In this document: positions 10,599 through 21,103 of the stretch, piece after piece | Layout of the letters: the number at the start of each line of letters is the position of its first letter | How positions within the stretch are numbered: position 1 is the first letter of the stretch | Notes under the pieces: model-generated | The model's database searches: none | The model's input: the letters and a program-made list of their open reading frames with translations, nothing else | What the model was told of the DNA's origin: nothing | From: a virus | Virus record (IMG/VR): IMGVR_UViG_3300002026_000045 | Span: 1 to 64,000 of that record | Length of the DNA stretch: 64,000 nt | Strand: one strand, 5' to 3' | Program-made: the position numbers and the translations under genes

Positions 10599-11111
10599 TT
10601 ATCCACCTTCAATCTCACCTTCTGGAGTTACGATAATTACGCGAGCAAATCCCTCTAGACGTGTAGGGCGTTGGTAGGTATTGCCCATTGTTTCACAAAT
10701 GTTAGCAGGGATTGACTTACCAGTTTCAAGTTCACGAATTTTACGCCGTGCTTCAAGTTCAGCAGTTGGGATTTCAAACGCAACCGCAGTGACCGCATAC
10801 CCAGCGTTAAGAAGTTTGTTTAGTTTATCTCGTCGCGACTTCATTGACAAGTTAGTTTGATCCCAAATCAAATTTTGCGATGCTGCCATCACTTTATTGA
10901 TTTGTGTCTCCATAAATTTAGTTGCTTCACCAATGGTAGCCTTAAAGACATCACCGTAGGTTTTGCCCATCATTTTAGCAGTTGACTCAATGTACGAGTC
11001 AGTAGAAACAAGCTGGAACCCATCCTTTGTGAGGTATGGGTCAGCCCAGGTCGATTTGCCAGAGCCAGGGACTCCGACAAGCATATATGCAATAGGTTTA
11101 ATTTTAATCAT
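10599..11111 (-). CDS. Polynucleotide kinase-like P-loop kinase (AAA_33; PseT N-terminal-like)
   Basis: LVGVPGSGKSTW, STD, WDQTNL..KSR, P...EGF. Confidence 0.85.
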   Translation of the reverse strand: MIKIKPIAYMLVGVPGSGKSTWADPYLTKDGFQLVSTDSYIESTAKMMGKTYGDVFKATIGEATKFMETQINKVMAASQNLIWDQTNLSMKSRRDKLNKLLNAGYAVTAVAFEIPTAELEARRKIRELETGKSIPANICETMGNTYQRPTRLEGFARVIIVTPEGEIEGG

Positions 11112-11150
11112 TCTGTATTATACACTTTCTTTTCTGTTAACGCAAGCGAT

Positions 11151-11408
11151 TTAAGAAAAATAACTTGAGTACCAAATTTTGCCAACTGGGCCACTGTGGT
11201 TAGTTGCCTTTTTGTTTAGCCGTTCACGCGAGTGATGTGCAACAATACCACAACCACCGCACTTATCATGCCAGCGCATAAGTTGGCGACAAATGTAGCC
11301 AATGTCAATGCGATTTGCACACGCCATTTCACTATACACCACCCCGTTTACGGACAACCGAGCATGCCAGCGATTCTTAATTTTTGTAACTTTAATTTCG
11401 GGTTCCAT
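11151..11408 (-). CDS. Hypothetical early protein
   Basis: First gene behind the sigma70 promoter at 11437-11465; GGAG RBS. Confidence 0.6.
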   Translation of the reverse strand: MEPEIKVTKIKNRWHARLSVNGVVYSEMACANRIDIGYICRQLMRWHDKCGGCGIVAHHSRERLNKKATNHSGPVGKIWYSSYFS

Positions 11409-11436
11409 AATAACTCCATTTTCTGCTTATCTGAGT

Positions 11437-11465
11437 ATTATAACACCAAAATGCTTGACTGTCAA
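11437..11465 (-). promoter_or_regulatory. Repeated early sigma70 promoter, copy 1
   Basis: TTGACA-gtcaagcattttggtgt(17)-TATAAT. Confidence 0.9.
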
Positions 11466-11902
11466 CTCAAATCTTTAATAGTCACTGGCCTTTCTCTGCA
11501 TAAATGTAACATTGTGCTATATTGCTCATACGCTTGCTTGACAGCAGGGTATTTGTTGCGCAGGTAAGTCTCTTCTTCACGCAAATCCATTATTGCTTCA
11601 AATAGGCGGCGTGACGAGTCGTTGTACTCGTTATTAAAAAATATTGCTTCAACATCAGCAAGAGCATTTAACTTACTTAGTGGAATATCTAATGTAATCA
11701 TTGGCTCAGTGTGAGTAACTGGCTCAACGTTTATCAAGCTCATGTCGTTATCAACTTCAAAGAATTTGTTTACCTTAAAGATTGGATGCCGACGATCGCT
11801 GCTTAAAACTTTTATGTAGTATTTGGCGAAGAAACTTTTTAATCGCTCTTTAAATTGTAGATGCATACGTGCAATGATAGCATCAACAACCTCAACTATC
11901 AA
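11462..11902 (-). CDS. Hypothetical phage protein
   Basis: C-terminal YPAVKQAYEQY motif shared with 45507 and 46203. Confidence 0.6.
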   Translation of the reverse strand: MIVEVVDAIIARMHLQFKERLKSFFAKYYIKVLSSDRRHPIFKVNKFFEVDNDMSLINVEPVTHTEPMITLDIPLSKLNALADVEAIFFNNEYNDSSRRLFEAIMDLREEETYLRNKYPAVKQAYEQYSTMLHLCRERPVTIKDLS

Positions 11903-11911
11903 TCTAATTGA

Positions 11912-12610
11912 TTAATGTCTAATTTCCCACACGATTTCAAAGTCTGGGCAATCTAAAAACATCTGTGGCGCTAAATTTTTACTGCCTGCAATCATTGCTT
12001 CAAAGTTTTTAAAATCTTCAGTATAATTTGGTTCGCCTTGTAATGCGCACCTTACTAACTCAACGCAACTTAGTGATTGATCATTTGATAGATCAAACAG
12101 TGTATCGTATGGCTTGCCCAAATATGTTTTGGATCTATCTAATGCAGCCGTCCATTTTTCAATTGTCATAGACTTTGGTTTAAGCAAGGCAACTGCACTA
12201 GTTTGCGCATCAAATGCTTCTGGAAATGTTGAATAATGAACACCTTTGCCAGTGGCTTCAATAAATCGGTAATCGTCGTCTGAGGTTACTTCATCTTCTA
12301 CATTCATAAGAGCATGTGCATAATATCCAAATTTTCCAGTTAAGAAAAAATTAGTAATAGCAATTGCGTAAGATGTCATGTGCCCCCTGTGCATAGTTAA
12401 AATGATGTAGTAATTGTCTTTAAGTTTTTGCTTTAATACATCAAAATCTTCTTCATGCATCACACGCTTAGATGTCCAATTTATTTTACCAATAGTTATT
12501 GCTCCCCAATTTACGAATGCGTTGGTGGCTCTTTTGATTATAGAGTTTTTGCCATTAGGGCTAATTTTACTCCACAGCCATAGCAATACAACTTTAGTGA
12601 CAGTGAACAT
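11912..12610 (-). CDS. Permuted papain-like amidase (YaeF/YiiX, NlpC/P60 family)
   Basis: His-before-Cys order: YYAHAL...IEA...GV...LGKPYDTLFD...LSCVELV. Confidence 0.8.
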   Translation of the reverse strand: MFTVTKVVLLWLWSKISPNGKNSIIKRATNAFVNWGAITIGKINWTSKRVMHEEDFDVLKQKLKDNYYIILTMHRGHMTSYAIAITNFFLTGKFGYYAHALMNVEDEVTSDDDYRFIEATGKGVHYSTFPEAFDAQTSAVALLKPKSMTIEKWTAALDRSKTYLGKPYDTLFDLSNDQSLSCVELVRCALQGEPNYTEDFKNFEAMIAGSKNLAPQMFLDCPDFEIVWEIRH

Positions 12611-12639
12611 TTTATATCCCTTTGATGCTAGTAATCAGT

Positions 12640-13062
12640 TTAAACAGGTGGCGTGTTTGCTAAAATTTGCGCGCCACGACCAGCACCAAGTAGGCCAAGT
12701 TGTTCTAGCAAATTTACACCTTGCGCTACTTGCGGATTATCTAAAAACACTGTTTCTGATAATTCTAAATCTTTAAGCAATGTAACTAAAATTGCTTTGT
12801 AATTTGCTGGTATACCTGGATTGTCTCTGAAATTGTCAACAGCCACTTTTTCATCCAACGTAAACAATTGTCTAAATTGGTACTTAGTGAGTCCAGTTGC
12901 AAATCCTGCGTTTTCACTTATCCATGTATCTAAATCGTCTTGCGACGGTAATGCATCACCGCCAGTCCAATCTAAATTGTCGTAAATGAACGGGTCGCCA
13001 TTGGCAACTGCCATAACTGTTGGAAAACCGTCTCGAATCGCGTCTAAATATGATGTTGCCAT
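12640..13062 (-). CDS. Tail-fibre-associated/assembly-type protein (paralogue of 13321 and 21797)
   Basis: LTKYQFRQLFTLDEK...GLLGAGRGAQILAN. Confidence 0.65.
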   Translation of the reverse strand: MATSYLDAIRDGFPTVMAVANGDPFIYDNLDWTGGDALPSQDDLDTWISENAGFATGLTKYQFRQLFTLDEKVAVDNFRDNPGIPANYKAILVTLLKDLELSETVFLDNPQVAQGVNLLEQLGLLGAGRGAQILANTPPV

Positions 13063-13080
13063 TTTGTTGTTCCTTAAAAT

Positions 13081-13308
13081 TTATTTCCAAATTGCATTTA
13101 TTTCTGCTGGTGAATAATCACCTTTAGTGCCGTTTGGCAGTTGTAACCTAACTCTTCCTTGTCCTGATTTTTTCCTTGATGCTAAAATATCTAACACTAT
13201 TACTTCACCAAGAGTTGGTGAAGTAAATTTGTCATTTTGTTTAACTGAAAGTAGGGTTGATTCATAAACTAACTTCTTAGTTTTTATGACTGTTTTTTTC
13301 GTTGCCAT
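13081..13308 (-). CDS. Small basic hypothetical protein
   Basis: ORF with AAGGA RBS. Confidence 0.55.
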   Translation of the reverse strand: MATKKTVIKTKKLVYESTLLSVKQNDKFTSPTLGEVIVLDILASRKKSGQGRVRLQLPNGTKGDYSPAEINAIWK

Positions 13309-13320
13309 ATTATTTCCTTT

Positions 13321-13782
13321 TTAGTATCCTATTGCAATTTCAATAGATTGAACTGGCGCATTTAGAATCTCATCGGCACGGCCTGCCCCAATGATGCCAT
13401 ATGTTTCAAGAGATTGGATACCAGCAACAGTGTCAGGTCTTGTAGTGTCAACAAACGTAGCTACATTTAAATCAGCCTGCGCCACACGCAATGACGCAGC
13501 TAATGCTCGTTGCTGCATGGTTGCATTGGGATTGTCAATTGACGCCATTTCCATTGCAATTTTTTCAGCCTGTGTAAATCTATTTCTAAACGCTAATACT
13601 GTAATCTTTGGGTGTTCTGTAATCGGGTTTGCTGAAATCCAAGTGTCCAATGTGGCTTGAGATGGAATTGGGTCACCTGCATCCCAAACTAAATCTGAGT
13701 AAACTGAACCGTCGCCAAAAGCGTGGCATTGCACTGTAGGAAATCCTACGCCAATTGCCTGAATATATGTATGAAATGCCAT
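13321..13782 (-). CDS. Tail-fibre-associated/assembly-type protein
   Basis: ITVLAFRNRFTQAEKIA...GIIGAGRADEILN; N-terminus similar to 12640. Confidence 0.65.
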   Translation of the reverse strand: MAFHTYIQAIGVGFPTVQCHAFGDGSVYSDLVWDAGDPIPSQATLDTWISANPITEHPKITVLAFRNRFTQAEKIAMEMASIDNPNATMQQRALAASLRVAQADLNVATFVDTTRPDTVAGIQSLETYGIIGAGRADEILNAPVQSIEIAIGY

Positions 13783-13783
13783 T

Positions 13784-14326
13784 TTATGCTAACTCCGTTA
13801 TTGTATATGTTGATCTATTAGCTGTTCCGCCAAATGTGATTGCTGATCCATTATTCTGATTTACAAACCAAGTTGCTGACCTACTTACCCCGACGCGCAA
13901 TGAGTATGTTACTGCGGTGGCAGATGCTGGGGCATCGTATACTGAAATTGATGCGGTTAATGGTCTACCTGCAGTTATTAAATTACCACAGACTGCGTAA
14001 ATGCAAGTAGTTCCCCTGAACACAGCAAAAGTTATATTTCTATTAGCTGTACCGCAATCATACATAAATGATTGACGGATAATAAATTTTGACGCAGTTG
14101 ATGCTGGAGTTACTCCAAGTAACCATAATTGTGTCCCTTCTGTTGACAGTGGGATCGTAGTGTCAGAAGGTATTAATGTTGTACCGCTAACTGCCGCAGT
14201 GGTTCCACTGTAAACCGCTAACACTACGCTGGGTGACGCTGAAATATCAGTCATCAACGCAACATCCACACCGCCAACGGTTGGCTTGTCAGTGAAACTA
14301 AAAGATCCTAGTATTGGTGTTGACAT
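13784..14326 (-). CDS. Virion fibre-tip-like protein (paralogue of 19445)
   Basis: Shared SGTT...GxQ(L/I)W...TP...SK...SFMY...AVFRGxTCI...TYSxRVG...W(F/Y)xN domain. Confidence 0.65.
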   Translation of the reverse strand: MSTPILGSFSFTDKPTVGGVDVALMTDISASPSVVLAVYSGTTAAVSGTTLIPSDTTIPLSTEGTQLWLLGVTPASTASKFIIRQSFMYDCGTANRNITFAVFRGTTCIYAVCGNLITAGRPLTASISVYDAPASATAVTYSLRVGVSRSATWFVNQNNGSAITFGGTANRSTYTITELA

Positions 14327-14349
14327 TTGTTATGTACTTAAAGTAATAT

Positions 14350-15072
14350 TTATACCGGAGGACGAAGGTTGTGTGACACAAACGCTGGAATGAAGGTTAC
14401 AGTTGGGGTTCTTGCTGAATTTGAAACCAAATTATTGCTTGCTGTCCCAACTTGACCACTCTGATTATAAATTGCAGCAACGTTTGACCCAACTGCGCCC
14501 TCATCAAACTCGTATCTTAAAAGTTCTTGATACACAATTCCATGCCTATTGCCTTGGGTTCCGTAGATAGTTTGCACTTCAGACGCGGATAATGCTCTTG
14601 CAAAGTATTCGTAAGTATCAACTTGGAAAGTGGCAGTTTCACTGGTTGCACCACCAGTGAACCCATTAATATACACTTGATTAAAATTTATTGCCAAAGG
14701 TGCGTAAGCAACAGAATTATTTAATGTGCCATTGATATACAGTCTAGCAGTTGACCCGTCAAATGTGTATGTAATATTTGCCCAAGCACTGCTTGGAATT
14801 GTAATTCCTGTGCTGCTTACAATTATTGTGCCTCCCCACGACCAAATATCGCATTGCCCCTGCGCAACTCTTGAACCAATTTGAATAGCCGCAGTTGCTC
14901 CAGCACCATTGTACATTCCAACATAACTACTTGTTTTGGTAAGTCCATCCCATAATGCATTAATCCATACACTAATTGTCTGTGGTGCAGTTGAGGGCAA
15001 GAAAAAACTTGTGTCAGTGACATTCGACAATGCGTCACCATTGGTTGTAAGTTGAACTGCCATATTAGTCAA
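14350..15072 (-). CDS. LamG/concanavalin-A-like lectin domain virion protein
   Basis: TISVWI...WANITYTFDGSTARLYINGTL...RALSASEV. Confidence 0.85.
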   Translation of the reverse strand: MTNMAVQLTTNGDALSNVTDTSFFLPSTAPQTISVWINALWDGLTKTSSYVGMYNGAGATAAIQIGSRVAQGQCDIWSWGGTIIVSSTGITIPSSAWANITYTFDGSTARLYINGTLNNSVAYAPLAINFNQVYINGFTGGATSETATFQVDTYEYFARALSASEVQTIYGTQGNRHGIVYQELLRYEFDEGAVGSNVAAIYNQSGQVGTASNNLVSNSARTPTVTFIPAFVSHNLRPPV

Positions 15073-16276
15073 ACACTATAGAAAGTTCAGCCAGTAACCA
15101 AGCTGACGTCAAGTTGTTTGCGACTCCAGCTATTACTCTAGTAATCTCAATTTGATAGCTTTCCCCAACTACCATGCCAAGTGATGACAAGGTAAATGTT
15201 TGATCTATGTTTTGATAATAATTGTTTAACGGTACGGTAAAACCAGCAAATGTTGACCCAGCTGACCAACTACCCATTGGTGCATTGTTTGGCAATTTTC
15301 TAACATACACTTTATGTTGAACTACTGCTGTACCTGTTGGGGCGGTGGTAGCGCGACCGTGTATGTTAAAAGTAACATTCACTGCACCCACTGGTACAGG
15401 CAAAGTTACTGCTATGCCTTGCTCAATTGTATTACTAAACGAGCGTACATTTAACGCAGTGTTGATTGGGTCAGAAATAACTGGTGCTAACGCATTAATT
15501 GCAAAGTCAGCAGTATTTGGTGAGTCAACGCTAGTTGCAAAGTACGACATTGTTTTAACTGCACCAGAAGATGCTGTCATAATATCCCAACTTGTGCCAT
15601 TGTCACGGTACAAAACTTTTGAATCATACGCAAGAAACAATCTATCTACTGTACCAGCAGTTGGTCGGTTAGCAAGCAAATCTACTAGAATCCCAGTACC
15701 TGCAATTGCCCCGCCAACATACATACCATTGGCTATTACTACAATCCGTAATACGTGTGTATTCCCAGAAACAATAACTTGAACTGTGTTGGTATCGATT
15801 AGTTGTACACTGTCAGCATGTACTAACTCATTTGTAAGGTCATTATACAATGTGATGACAACATTGTTTGTGCCTAAATTGTGTGCAAAATCAGCGTAAT
15901 ACTTTGCTCCAGACACTGATGCCCACGTACTCAATATACCAGTTGCCGATGATGGAGTTGACGTTCCTGAGTTAGACCATACTGATCCGTTGTATTGAAG
16001 AACGTTGCCATTTACTGGGGATGATAAGGAAACATCGCCCAACCCAGACAGATTAGTTACACCAGATCCAGATTGCCAAACTGTGCCATCCCAATACTCT
16101 GTCTTATTAAGAGTAGTATTATAACGCCACGTTCCGGCAGTTGGCGTTAAAGGGCGTTCAGCAGTAGTACCGCTAAACGGCACTAAGCCGCCAGTGCCAG
16201 AAAATGTAACAGTTGTTCCTGATGGAGAAATAACTGCTACATTCGACAATGTCCCTAAATCATTGTTAAAATCCAT
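15065..16276 (-). CDS. Virion fibre/adhesin protein
   Basis: GTTAERP...RYNTTLNKTEYWDG; LSGLGDV...GNVLQYNGSVW; N-terminus paralogous to 16287. Confidence 0.75.
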   Translation of the reverse strand: MDFNNDLGTLSNVAVISPSGTTVTFSGTGGLVPFSGTTAERPLTPTAGTWRYNTTLNKTEYWDGTVWQSGSGVTNLSGLGDVSLSSPVNGNVLQYNGSVWSNSGTSTPSSATGILSTWASVSGAKYYADFAHNLGTNNVVITLYNDLTNELVHADSVQLIDTNTVQVIVSGNTHVLRIVVIANGMYVGGAIAGTGILVDLLANRPTAGTVDRLFLAYDSKVLYRDNGTSWDIMTASSGAVKTMSYFATSVDSPNTADFAINALAPVISDPINTALNVRSFSNTIEQGIAVTLPVPVGAVNVTFNIHGRATTAPTGTAVVQHKVYVRKLPNNAPMGSWSAGSTFAGFTVPLNNYYQNIDQTFTLSSLGMVVGESYQIEITRVIAGVANNLTSAWLLAELSIVFD

Positions 16277-16286
16277 TTTCTACCTA

Positions 16287-19200
16287 TTAGTTAGTAACTT
16301 CCGAAGTAATTACAGTAACTACCCAACGAACTGTGGTTGCACTAGCACCAGTGACCTTAAATGTCAATGCACCGTTTGTTACATCAGCAAAAACTTCAGC
16401 ATCCCAACCTGTTGGGCGAGTCAATACAGTTTTGCTACGAGATCCAACCAATGCTGTGGTGGAAGCATTTGCATCACGTTTGATTAAGCCTTCAATTTTC
16501 CATGCACCATTATTGCCAGTTGACGTAGTACTACGAGCAACTACATACGCAGAGTAAGTTACTGCACTGTTATTTGGCAATACTACACGAGCTGAAGATC
16601 CGTCTAAGTAAACTTCAGTTTGGGTTGCATTGCTTGTAACATTGCGTAATACATACTTACCTGTTTGCGCATCACCAGCGGCAGTAAACGAACCATTTGC
16701 GTGAACTTCAGCACCATAATTTGCTGCAACTGCGCCAGAACCTTTAGCCAATGCGTAGGTTGCGCTTGCAGTATTACCAGAACCTAAGGAAACGGCATTT
16801 GCACCAGTCACTGTGCTTGCTGCTGGAGCAGAAGCATTTTCTGTGTACAATAATGTAGACTCACCAACTTCCACCCAAGCCGTTCCGTTGTCACGGAAGA
16901 TCATGTTTGTGTCTGAAGTTACATATAACGCGCCTGTTGTTCCGGCTGCTGGACGACCAGCAAGAGTACCAGTTTGCAAGCTCGGAGCATTGCCTAAGTT
17001 AGCAACGCTGCCGGTGGATGCTGCGGTAATTGCTACATTGCCTGCTGCTGTAATTAAACCTTTTCCGTTAACTACAAACGTTGGGATTTGAGTTGCTGAA
17101 CCAAAAGAGCCAACATTGCTATTTACCGTTGCTAATGTAGCATTTGTAATTGCAGTGCCAGTGCTGCCTGACAATGTTAAGTCGCCACCAGTGACTGTAA
17201 TTGCACCAGAAATTGCAACTGTCGAAACCGCGGTTACTAAACCTTTTGCATTTACAGTAACAACTGGAATTGCAGTTGTTGTACCAAATGTTCCAACGTT
17301 GCTGTTTACTGTAGCCAAAGTCAATGCACCAGAACCACCAGTTGTTACAGACGCAGTACCGTCACCAGTCAATGCAACTGTATTTGGAATAACTACGTTT
17401 GCAACTGAAGTAACTAAGCCTTTTCCATTTACTGTAACTTGGGCAACGTGGGTTGCATCACCATAAACACCAGTTGTAGCATTTACAGTAGCCAAAGTCA
17501 ATGCACCAGAACCACCAGTTGTTACAGACGCAGTACCGTCACCAGTCAATGCAACTGTATTTGGAATTGTTGCTGTAGAAACCGCAGTAACTAATCCTTT
17601 TGCGTTTACCGTAACAACTGGCACTAACAATGTTGAACCATAAGTTCCTACGTTAGTGTTTACTGTCGCTAATGTAGTAGACGATGAGCCAGCAACCGTA
17701 GTGACATCACCCGTTAATGCTGGAATAGATGTTGTTGGCAATGTACCAGTAACGTCTGACGATAAATTTATTGCTCCCCAGCTTGGAGCACCGTTTGCAT
17801 TTCCGTGTAATACAGTTGATGTAGTACCTTGGTTAGCAAAATCTGTGCTTGCCAACGTCGCTGTAACTGCACCAACACGGCCAAATACGGAAGTAACTTC
17901 GGTTGTCAAACCATCAATTGCGTCCCATGTTGTTCCGTTGAATACGATCAAATCGCCAACTGTCCAATTGTTGTTACCATCAATTGTGGTTGTACCAGCA
18001 ACATTAACCTTGTAATAGTGACCTTTAGTGCCTGTACCAGCAACTAATGGTGGGGTGTTTGTTGCAGCGTTCCATACGCCTTGGTAATTCATTGCGCCGA
18101 TTAACGCTGCCGGGATCTGAGTGTCAGTTAATTTGCCAGCTGCATCTAATGTTGCTACACCACTTGGAACTCCAAGTTGGTCAACATTGATTGCGCCAAT
18201 TGCTGCTGGGGTAACGGTAACATTAGATACTGAAGTTACTAATCCTTTTGCGTTAACTGTTACTTGAGCTACTTCGCTAGAAGAACCAAATGTGCCTACG
18301 GTTCCATTTACTGTTGCTAATGTAATAGCAGTATTCGTTGCAGTTGTGCCAGTACCAGTTGCATCACCAGTAATAGTTACTGCGTTAGGGATAGTTACAT
18401 TGCCAGCTGCTGTTACTAAGCCTTTGCCGTTTACAGTAAATGTAGCAACTTGAGTTGCAGAACCAAAAGAACCAACATTGCTGTTAACTGTTGCTAACGT
18501 AGTGGTGGTTGTGCCGCCAGTTGAGCCAGTGCCAGTTACATCACCAGATAAAGAAATTGCACCAGAAATTGAAGCAGTAGTTACCGCAGTAATACGACCT
18601 TTTTCATCTACAGTTAATACTGGGATTTGAGTTGCAGAACCAAAAGAACCAACATTGCTGTTTACTGTCGCTAATGTAGTTGCTGTTGAGCCAGCAACAG
18701 AAGTAACGTCACCAGTCATTGCTGGCTCAACTAATGTCCATGCAGATCCGGTGTCATAATAAGTTGCGCCAGTATCCGTAGCAATGTATAATCTGCCAAC
18801 AGTCCCTGAAGTAGGAATGGAAGCAGCGGTGCCGGCAGTAATGCTAACTACGCCAGATCCAGCAGCAACCGCGTCAGTGATTGCGTATCCAGCTAACGTA
18901 GTTGGTGTTCCAGTTAGTGTTGACCAAGCTTGGGTAGTTGTACCAGACGTAACACGGCCAAAAGCGTCAGTGGTAGTAGTTACATAGGTGCCTGCTGTGC
19001 CAGCAGTTGCCAAGTTAATAGTAGGATTGCCAGAAACACCGTCTCCATTTGTAACAACAATGTTACTTGCAGTGCCAGTAACTGAACGAGCAACAAATAC
19101 ACCAGCACTTGTCTGCACTACCATTCCAGTTCCACTTAAAGAGGATAAGTTTGATAATGCACTTGAGTTGTTGGTTACTGTTTGAACTTGAGTCCATTCA

Positions 19201-19388
19201 ATGCCATCAAAACCTTCAAATCTGTTTAAGGTTGTATTGTAGCGCAATACGCCCTGCTGTGGTGCGCGGCTTAGTGTTGGGCCACTTGGAACTACTAAAC
19301 CAGCAGTCCCTAAAACTGTTAAATTACTTGATCCTGAGTCAAGTTCTAGTACATTCGAAATCGTACCTGTGTCAAAATTAAAATCCAT
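16287..19388 (-). CDS. Long repetitive tail fibre protein
   Basis: About 7 repeats of TLATVNSNVGSFGSATQ...TVNxKGLVT; GVATLDAAGK; YQGVWNAATNTP. Confidence 0.85.
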   Translation of the reverse strand: MDFNFDTGTISNVLELDSGSSNLTVLGTAGLVVPSGPTLSRAPQQGVLRYNTTLNRFEGFDGIEWTQVQTVTNNSSALSNLSSLSGTGMVVQTSAGVFVARSVTGTASNIVVTNGDGVSGNPTINLATAGTAGTYVTTTTDAFGRVTSGTTTQAWSTLTGTPTTLAGYAITDAVAAGSGVVSITAGTAASIPTSGTVGRLYIATDTGATYYDTGSAWTLVEPAMTGDVTSVAGSTATTLATVNSNVGSFGSATQIPVLTVDEKGRITAVTTASISGAISLSGDVTGTGSTGGTTTTTLATVNSNVGSFGSATQVATFTVNGKGLVTAAGNVTIPNAVTITGDATGTGTTATNTAITLATVNGTVGTFGSSSEVAQVTVNAKGLVTSVSNVTVTPAAIGAINVDQLGVPSGVATLDAAGKLTDTQIPAALIGAMNYQGVWNAATNTPPLVAGTGTKGHYYKVNVAGTTTIDGNNNWTVGDLIVFNGTTWDAIDGLTTEVTSVFGRVGAVTATLASTDFANQGTTSTVLHGNANGAPSWGAINLSSDVTGTLPTTSIPALTGDVTTVAGSSSTTLATVNTNVGTYGSTLLVPVVTVNAKGLVTAVSTATIPNTVALTGDGTASVTTGGSGALTLATVNATTGVYGDATHVAQVTVNGKGLVTSVANVVIPNTVALTGDGTASVTTGGSGALTLATVNSNVGTFGTTTAIPVVTVNAKGLVTAVSTVAISGAITVTGGDLTLSGSTGTAITNATLATVNSNVGSFGSATQIPTFVVNGKGLITAAGNVAITAASTGSVANLGNAPSLQTGTLAGRPAAGTTGALYVTSDTNMIFRDNGTAWVEVGESTLLYTENASAPAASTVTGANAVSLGSGNTASATYALAKGSGAVAANYGAEVHANGSFTAAGDAQTGKYVLRNVTSNATQTEVYLDGSSARVVLPNNSAVTYSAYVVARSTTSTGNNGAWKIEGLIKRDANASTTALVGSRSKTVLTRPTGWDAEVFADVTNGALTFKVTGASATTVRWVVTVITSEVTN

Positions 19389-19444
19389 ATTATGCTCCGT
19401 TATTAAAAATGTTGTTACCTAAAACTTATAAGGTATGTTATTAC

Positions 19445-20086
19445 TTATGCTAACTCTTGAAGATCAATAGTTGACGTTGCGATTGATCCACCAAAATACG
19501 ATCCAGTAAATTTGTTTATATACCATGTTGTTGATGCAGTAGTACCAACTCTGACTGAGTATGTAGTACTTGACGTTGTGTGAGGGTCATCTACCAAGTT
19601 AATAACAATTGGTACTATTGCAGTGTTTGCAGTTGGTGTGATATTACCAACTACACCAATACAAGTAGATCCTCTAAACACTGCGGCTACTAATTGCCTT
19701 GCTGATGTGCTTGCGCAATACATAAAACTACCTGTAATTTTTATTTTACTTGATGAAGACCCTGGTGTAATAGTGTCAGTCCAAATTTGGACACCATGCG
19801 AAGTAGTTGGTACGTTGTTTGCAATGCTTGCCAATGTTATAGTAGTAGTTCCAGATGAGGCCGGCACAACAGTACTAACTGTTTGCAACACTTGACCAGA
19901 TCCTGGTGTCACCGTTAGCAAAGATGCACTGTCTATTGCCCATTCATTTTTTCCGATTTTTTTTAAATAACCTCTTGCTGAGTCGGTTATATCTGCAATA
20001 GCAGTTAAGTCAGCATCGGCTGCCTTTTCAATCTTTGTATCAATAGTAGATTTTAATTGATTTGTATTTATTCGAGTTAGTCCCAC
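19445..20086 (-). CDS. Virion fibre-tip-like protein
   Basis: GTG start, late promoter at 20108-20113; DADLTAIA motif; C-domain paralogous to 13784. Confidence 0.65.
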   Translation of the reverse strand: MGLTRINTNQLKSTIDTKIEKAADADLTAIADITDSARGYLKKIGKNEWAIDSASLLTVTPGSGQVLQTVSTVVPASSGTTTITLASIANNVPTTSHGVQIWTDTITPGSSSSKIKITGSFMYCASTSARQLVAAVFRGSTCIGVVGNITPTANTAIVPIVINLVDDPHTTSSTTYSVRVGTTASTTWYINKFTGSYFGGSIATSTIDLQELA

Positions 20087-20134
20087 AGGCTTGCTCCATT
20101 CTTCTTTTATTTATCGTAAACTCAAGTCAAAAGA

Positions 20135-20158
20135 AAAGGGCTGTATATACAGCCCTTT
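20135..20158 (-). terminator. Intrinsic terminator
   Basis: aaagggctgtatatacagcccttt hairpin followed by a U-rich tract on the minus strand. Confidence 0.75.
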
Positions 20159-20171
20159 CATAAAACGTGTA

Positions 20172-21020
20172 TTAAATTTCTATACACGCATTTTGATCCC
20201 ACCCAGTTTCTTCACAAAATCTACTTGTTTGATACCCAAATGGATTACACACAACACGGGTGTAATCCCCAACCTCATAATCAAATTTTGTATGTGTATG
20301 CCCATGTATCCAAAATTTAATCCTTGGGTTATCTAAAATAAAATCATCAAGCCTACTGCAATATCCGCCATTCATGTAGTAATCATAGCGGTACTCTGGC
20401 GATATACTTTGCCCAGTTGGTGCGTGATGAGTTACGACGACAATTTGTTTGCTGATTGACGCAGGGTCATCCAACATTGTTTTAATGTATCGTATTGTTT
20501 TGTGATGTTCTGCTTCAGAATCTGCTGGAGAAAATTTAATGTAATTACCGTGAACTTCTCTACGAATACGTGTGTAATCATTCATTCCATATTTTACTGC
20601 TTGACGTGTCATTGGACAGCCGCGGTTCATGTCAGTCCACATTGTGCCGCCAATAAACAGCACATTGTCAATTGTGACTGATTCTTTGTCCAACACGTGA
20701 AAATTATCTGGAACATTGCTTTTAATGTGCGCAATCGTCTTGTTAAATGTACCGTTGTAATGTTCGTGATTACCAGCAATCAGTATTACGTGTTCATACT
20801 TGCGAGCACACTCGCCAATAAAAAACCTGTTTATGCGTTCTTTGTTAGTGAGCTTGGTAGCAGGGAGATGCTCAATCTCATAAAAACGCTCCAACGTCAA
20901 CAATTTAAATTCTTTAGCTTCAGCAATATCACCAGCCAAAACTAGCACATCACCGCCAGGCAGCGTAGGAATTTTAAAACCAACATCTAAATGCAAGTCT
21001 GAATGATAGTGAATTTTCAT
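20172..21020 (-). CDS. Calcineurin-like metallophosphoesterase
   Basis: SDLH, AGD, GNHE, THH, HGHTH; likely start MKIHYHSD. Confidence 0.92.
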   Translation of the reverse strand: MKIHYHSDLHLDVGFKIPTLPGGDVLVLAGDIAEAKEFKLLTLERFYEIEHLPATKLTNKERINRFFIGECARKYEHVILIAGNHEHYNGTFNKTIAHIKSNVPDNFHVLDKESVTIDNVLFIGGTMWTDMNRGCPMTRQAVKYGMNDYTRIRREVHGNYIKFSPADSEAEHHKTIRYIKTMLDDPASISKQIVVVTHHAPTGQSISPEYRYDYYMNGGYCSRLDDFILDNPRIKFWIHGHTHTKFDYEVGDYTRVVCNPFGYQTSRFCEETGWDQNACIEI

Positions 21021-21103
21021 AATAAGTAGTTTAACACAATACTTATCAAAAGTCAATCAAAACGAAAGGGGCGCAATGCCCCTAACATGTTACGGTAAGT
21101 TAA

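Noticed and set aside
1738-19381. Many plus-strand ORFs rich in Val/Pro/Thr/Ala opposite the fibre genes
   Set aside because: Antisense shadows of Gly/Thr-rich repetitive coding sequence; no RBS or independent motifs
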